NCBI RefSeq assembly: GCF_006345805.1
Contig: NW_021836741.1
Coordinates: 1 to 23,253, forward strand
DNA: 23,253 nucleotides
Reading direction: 5' to 3'
DNA from: Octopus sinensis
Lineage: Eukaryota
This document shows positions 20,063 to 23,253 of the stretch, in pieces (position 1 is the stretch's first letter; every line of letters begins with the position of its first letter). The notes beneath the pieces were generated by a model, which was not told the origin of the DNA, made no database searches, and saw only the letters and a program-made list of their open reading frames with translations. The translations under genes and the position numbers were made by a program.

Positions 20063-20066
20063 GATG

Positions 20067-20201
20067 GAATGTCTTACAAATCTTCAGTGTGCCATTAACA
20101 GATTAGAGTTGAAGGATCCGCGTCAGTTTCTTTTGCTCTTCTTCCGTGAAACCGAATATTCTAGGGTTTTTGTACAAACTGGTTGGTACATAACCTAATG
20201 C
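20067..20201 (-). mobile_element. 3' tip of an RLE-type (R2-superfamily) non-LTR retrotransposon ORF
   Basis: ALGYVPTSLYKNPRIFGFTEEEQKKLTRILQL*SVNGTLKICKTF, with one in-frame stop. It resembles the GALG..P...LQ...GT.KI C-terminus of RLE LINEs. Confidence 0.6.
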
Positions 20202-20324
20202 ATGCATGTATCCACTTATGTATTTATGTATGTATAAGTGTGTGTACGTATGTACCTGTACACGAAGCATATGAATACATGTTTGCACGCATGTAATTTG
20301 CATCTGTAGATCTCATTTTGTCTT

Positions 20325-20366
20325 ATTATGTTATATATATGTATTGTATGTATTTATATATGTATG

Positions 20367-20412
<46 letters not shown>

Positions 20413-20443
20413 GTATGTATGTATGTTTTATGATATATATATA

Positions 20444-20501
<58 letters not shown>

Positions 20502-20530
20502 TGTATGTATGTATGTATGTTGTATGTATT
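20325..20530. repeat. (TA)n/(TATG)n microsatellite
   Basis: Read directly. Confidence 0.95.
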
Positions 20531-21447
20531 TTGAAAAATTGAAAAGTTTACACGAACCGGTTATTTCCTCCAAAAACTGTTACTATACACAAAATTTAAT
20601 AGCATTTTCTAACATAACGACTTAAATATATCCTTTAACCTTATAAAACAAGCCTTCTGTAGTTTTTTCACTCTTGCTTTCTGTATTATGTCCCAAAAGT
20701 TTTTTATCTCATTATACCTTTTATTATTTCATATATTTTTATATTCTCACACATAATAATTTTTTCTGTACTCTTCCATCCTGCATTTTTTTCTGTGCCT
20801 ATATAGACGTGCATATAGATTCATTTGTACACGTATGTGAATATGTATGACTGGGCAGTTTTAGATGTGTGCGTGTGCGCGGGCATAAGAGTGCATATAT
20901 ATAGACGTTTTTACTTAGTATTTTTACAATTTTTTAAGGTTTTTTGGGGACATATGTATATTCCTTTTTTGTGTATGCGTGTGTGTGTATGGGTATATAA
21001 ATATGTGCGGGTATGTACATATATGGGCGTGTGTGTGTATGAGTGCATAAGGGCATGTCCGTATATGAACGTGGTTTTTACGCTTTGTATACTTCCTTTT
21101 TTCTGTATTGTTGTTTTTTGCTGTATTGTTACCTTTAACCATGTTTTTTCTTGTGCTTGTGCGTATATAGACGTATGTATGAATTTTTACGGTACGCGTG
21201 TGTGTGTATGAGTTTGTGTACATATATGCGTATACATTTGGCGAAAAATGCGAGTGAAGATGTGTACGTTTTCATAGTGACGTATAAGTACGCACGTTGG
21301 TCCGCGAGCGCACATGTGAGCGTATGAGTAGCCATATTTACGTGTTTACTATGAACTTTTAACCTAATTTATATAGTAGCGGAATTATAACACAGTAATT
21401 TCCCTTTATATAACGGTATTTTTTCATAGCGTTTTTTTCAGATGGCC

Positions 21448-21510
21448 AGATAACCGAAGAGATGGTGTTGTGGATTTCAACTTCGGCATCTGAAACTCAG
21501 AGTTTTATCT
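21448..21510 (+). ncRNA. Type I hammerhead-like motif with CCGAAGA core
   Basis: AGATAA/TTATCT 6-bp stem I; CCGAAGA; GATG...CATC stem II; T-GAAA; ACTC-A-GAGT stem III; T17. Confidence 0.6.
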
Positions 21511-23253
21511 TGACTATTGAATAATTGTAACCTATTATTATATTATATATATATAATATATATATATATATATACTATATATATATATGTTATATATATG
21601 TATATATATGACTATGTGTGTGTATGTTTGTATGAGGAACCTGTCCACAAAGAAACAGAACTTTGAAAAACATGTGCTGGCACAGCTCGCTTGCAAATGT
21701 AGTACTGTGTATGATGGCCTTGACCTTCTGCCTAATAACAGCCATAGCATACCACATCAATTAAACATCGATCTACACGTGCTAAAAAGAACGCATGTTT
21801 AGTGCACTTGGAGATTTGTCACAAGTTGGACAATGAAGGATTTGGAAGAGCAACGTGTTTGTATGACATTTCTTTTAAGAAAATTCCATCCTTGTATCAA
21901 CTGAAAACATTGTTAAACTCAGCATTGTCTATATTTCTTGCGTAAATAATTATGTATGCATGTATGCATATATTTATCCATTCAATTTGTTGTTTCCCCC
22001 AGTAGATTCAAACAAAGAATTTCAAAAAGGTATTATATATTATTACTTAAGTCTTTTCTTTTCTCCTATATTTGCATAACTGCATCCATCGATGACAATG
22101 GGGATAAATTATTTCCAGTTTAAAGAAGCACAATTTGAATAACAATGTATATATACCTTAAGTTCCAAAGATCTACTGTAGAGTGGCGTATTCTTCTACG
22201 CAACATTGCATGCGTGGCTGTGTGATTAAAATGTTCGTTTCGCAATCACCATCATTCTGAATCTAATCCCACCTTACAACACGTGCTCTGAGAAAAACTT
22301 GCATTGCTGTTCTTGTTATTTAATCCAAGTATTTTTTTTTTGAGTAAACCAATGACCAAAGGCCATGACCATCTCGTCTTTTCCTCTATACGCATCCTTG
22401 ACAACATTATATAATGCAGCATACTCCCTTCAGCACTGTTGTTTTTGATATGAGAGAAATTCAGCTACTATTTCTAATAAGTGTATAGAAGCTCCCTCGC
22501 ACGTTCAAGGTAAATTTGCTTGACAGAAACTGCGTGAAGCCGTCGGGGTGGGGAGATTGTTTCAGTTCTTCAGTGGAAAACTTAATCTGTCGTTCTTGTG
22601 AATTACATCATCTAGCCTTTGGGTGCCTTTAGCAGAATCTATTCTGTTAAAAGCATTCGGATCAGATCTCCATTGTGAAGTTAATTCCTTGTGCTCTTTC
22701 CTCCAGATTCAGAATCCTTACTAAAGGGCCCTGTCTTTCTTCTCACTAATAATCAGAATATGTTAACGTTTACTACTAACTAATTTATTTCTGCCACAAT
22801 ACGTGAGTTTTTTTCCCTATCTAAGATGACAATACCACTCTGCTATCTTAGTTCTTGATTGCTGTTGTTCTTGTTGCGTTTACTCAGCCCCATATCAGAC
22901 TGAAGTGAGCCTGCCTCAAACCACATTGAAATATTATTGTAACCACTTAACCAACACGCTACATATCTCTAGTTCGGTCACAATAGTCAATCAGTAACCA
23001 ATTGAGCTAAAGGTGAGCCCACCCGCAGTAAAAAGCTACTGGAATAAATAACATTTGTATGAACTTACATACCTAAATTTACGTTTAAATATAAAATTTC
23101 GAAATATTAAAGCAAAACAAATGCTATACCTACTGTTTGTATTCATTTAACCACATAAAATTACCCGGGGGCAATTCCCTTCATACGCATACAATAAACT
23201 CAATCAACTATTTCTGACCCAACTTTATATGTACATTCCAACCCAATTCTTAC

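Noticed and set aside
22500-23050. Unique sequence with short open frames and splice-like signals
   Set aside because: The candidate exon 22707-22802 has stops in all three frames; no recognisable protein similarity.

Overview
AT-rich, microsatellite-dense eukaryotic non-coding DNA. The repeat families look like those of octopus (coleoid cephalopod); this is inferred from recognised repeat sequence, not from a search. I can support no intact host gene, rRNA, tRNA gene or CRISPR array. Most ORFs in the track are artefacts of (TA)n, (TG)n or (CAT)n repeats and of SINE antisense strands. The window is a layered transposon graveyard: (1) a 5'-truncated Penelope-like element (GIY-YIG endonuclease remnant) with an inverted copy of its 3' repeat; (2) about 20 copies or fragments of several tRNA-derived SINE families; (3) a mariner element split by nested SINEs and a MITE with perfect 50-bp TIRs; (4) a canonical non-autonomous Helitron; (5) a hAT transposase remnant; (6) 3' ends of an RTE-like LINE and an RLE-type LINE; (7) a telomere-like (CCCTAA) array inside inverted repeats. 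The most notable signal is a set of minimal type I hammerhead-ribozyme-like motifs from three or four unrelated repeat families. They include a U3-A8 core variant in three copies and a C4 variant.
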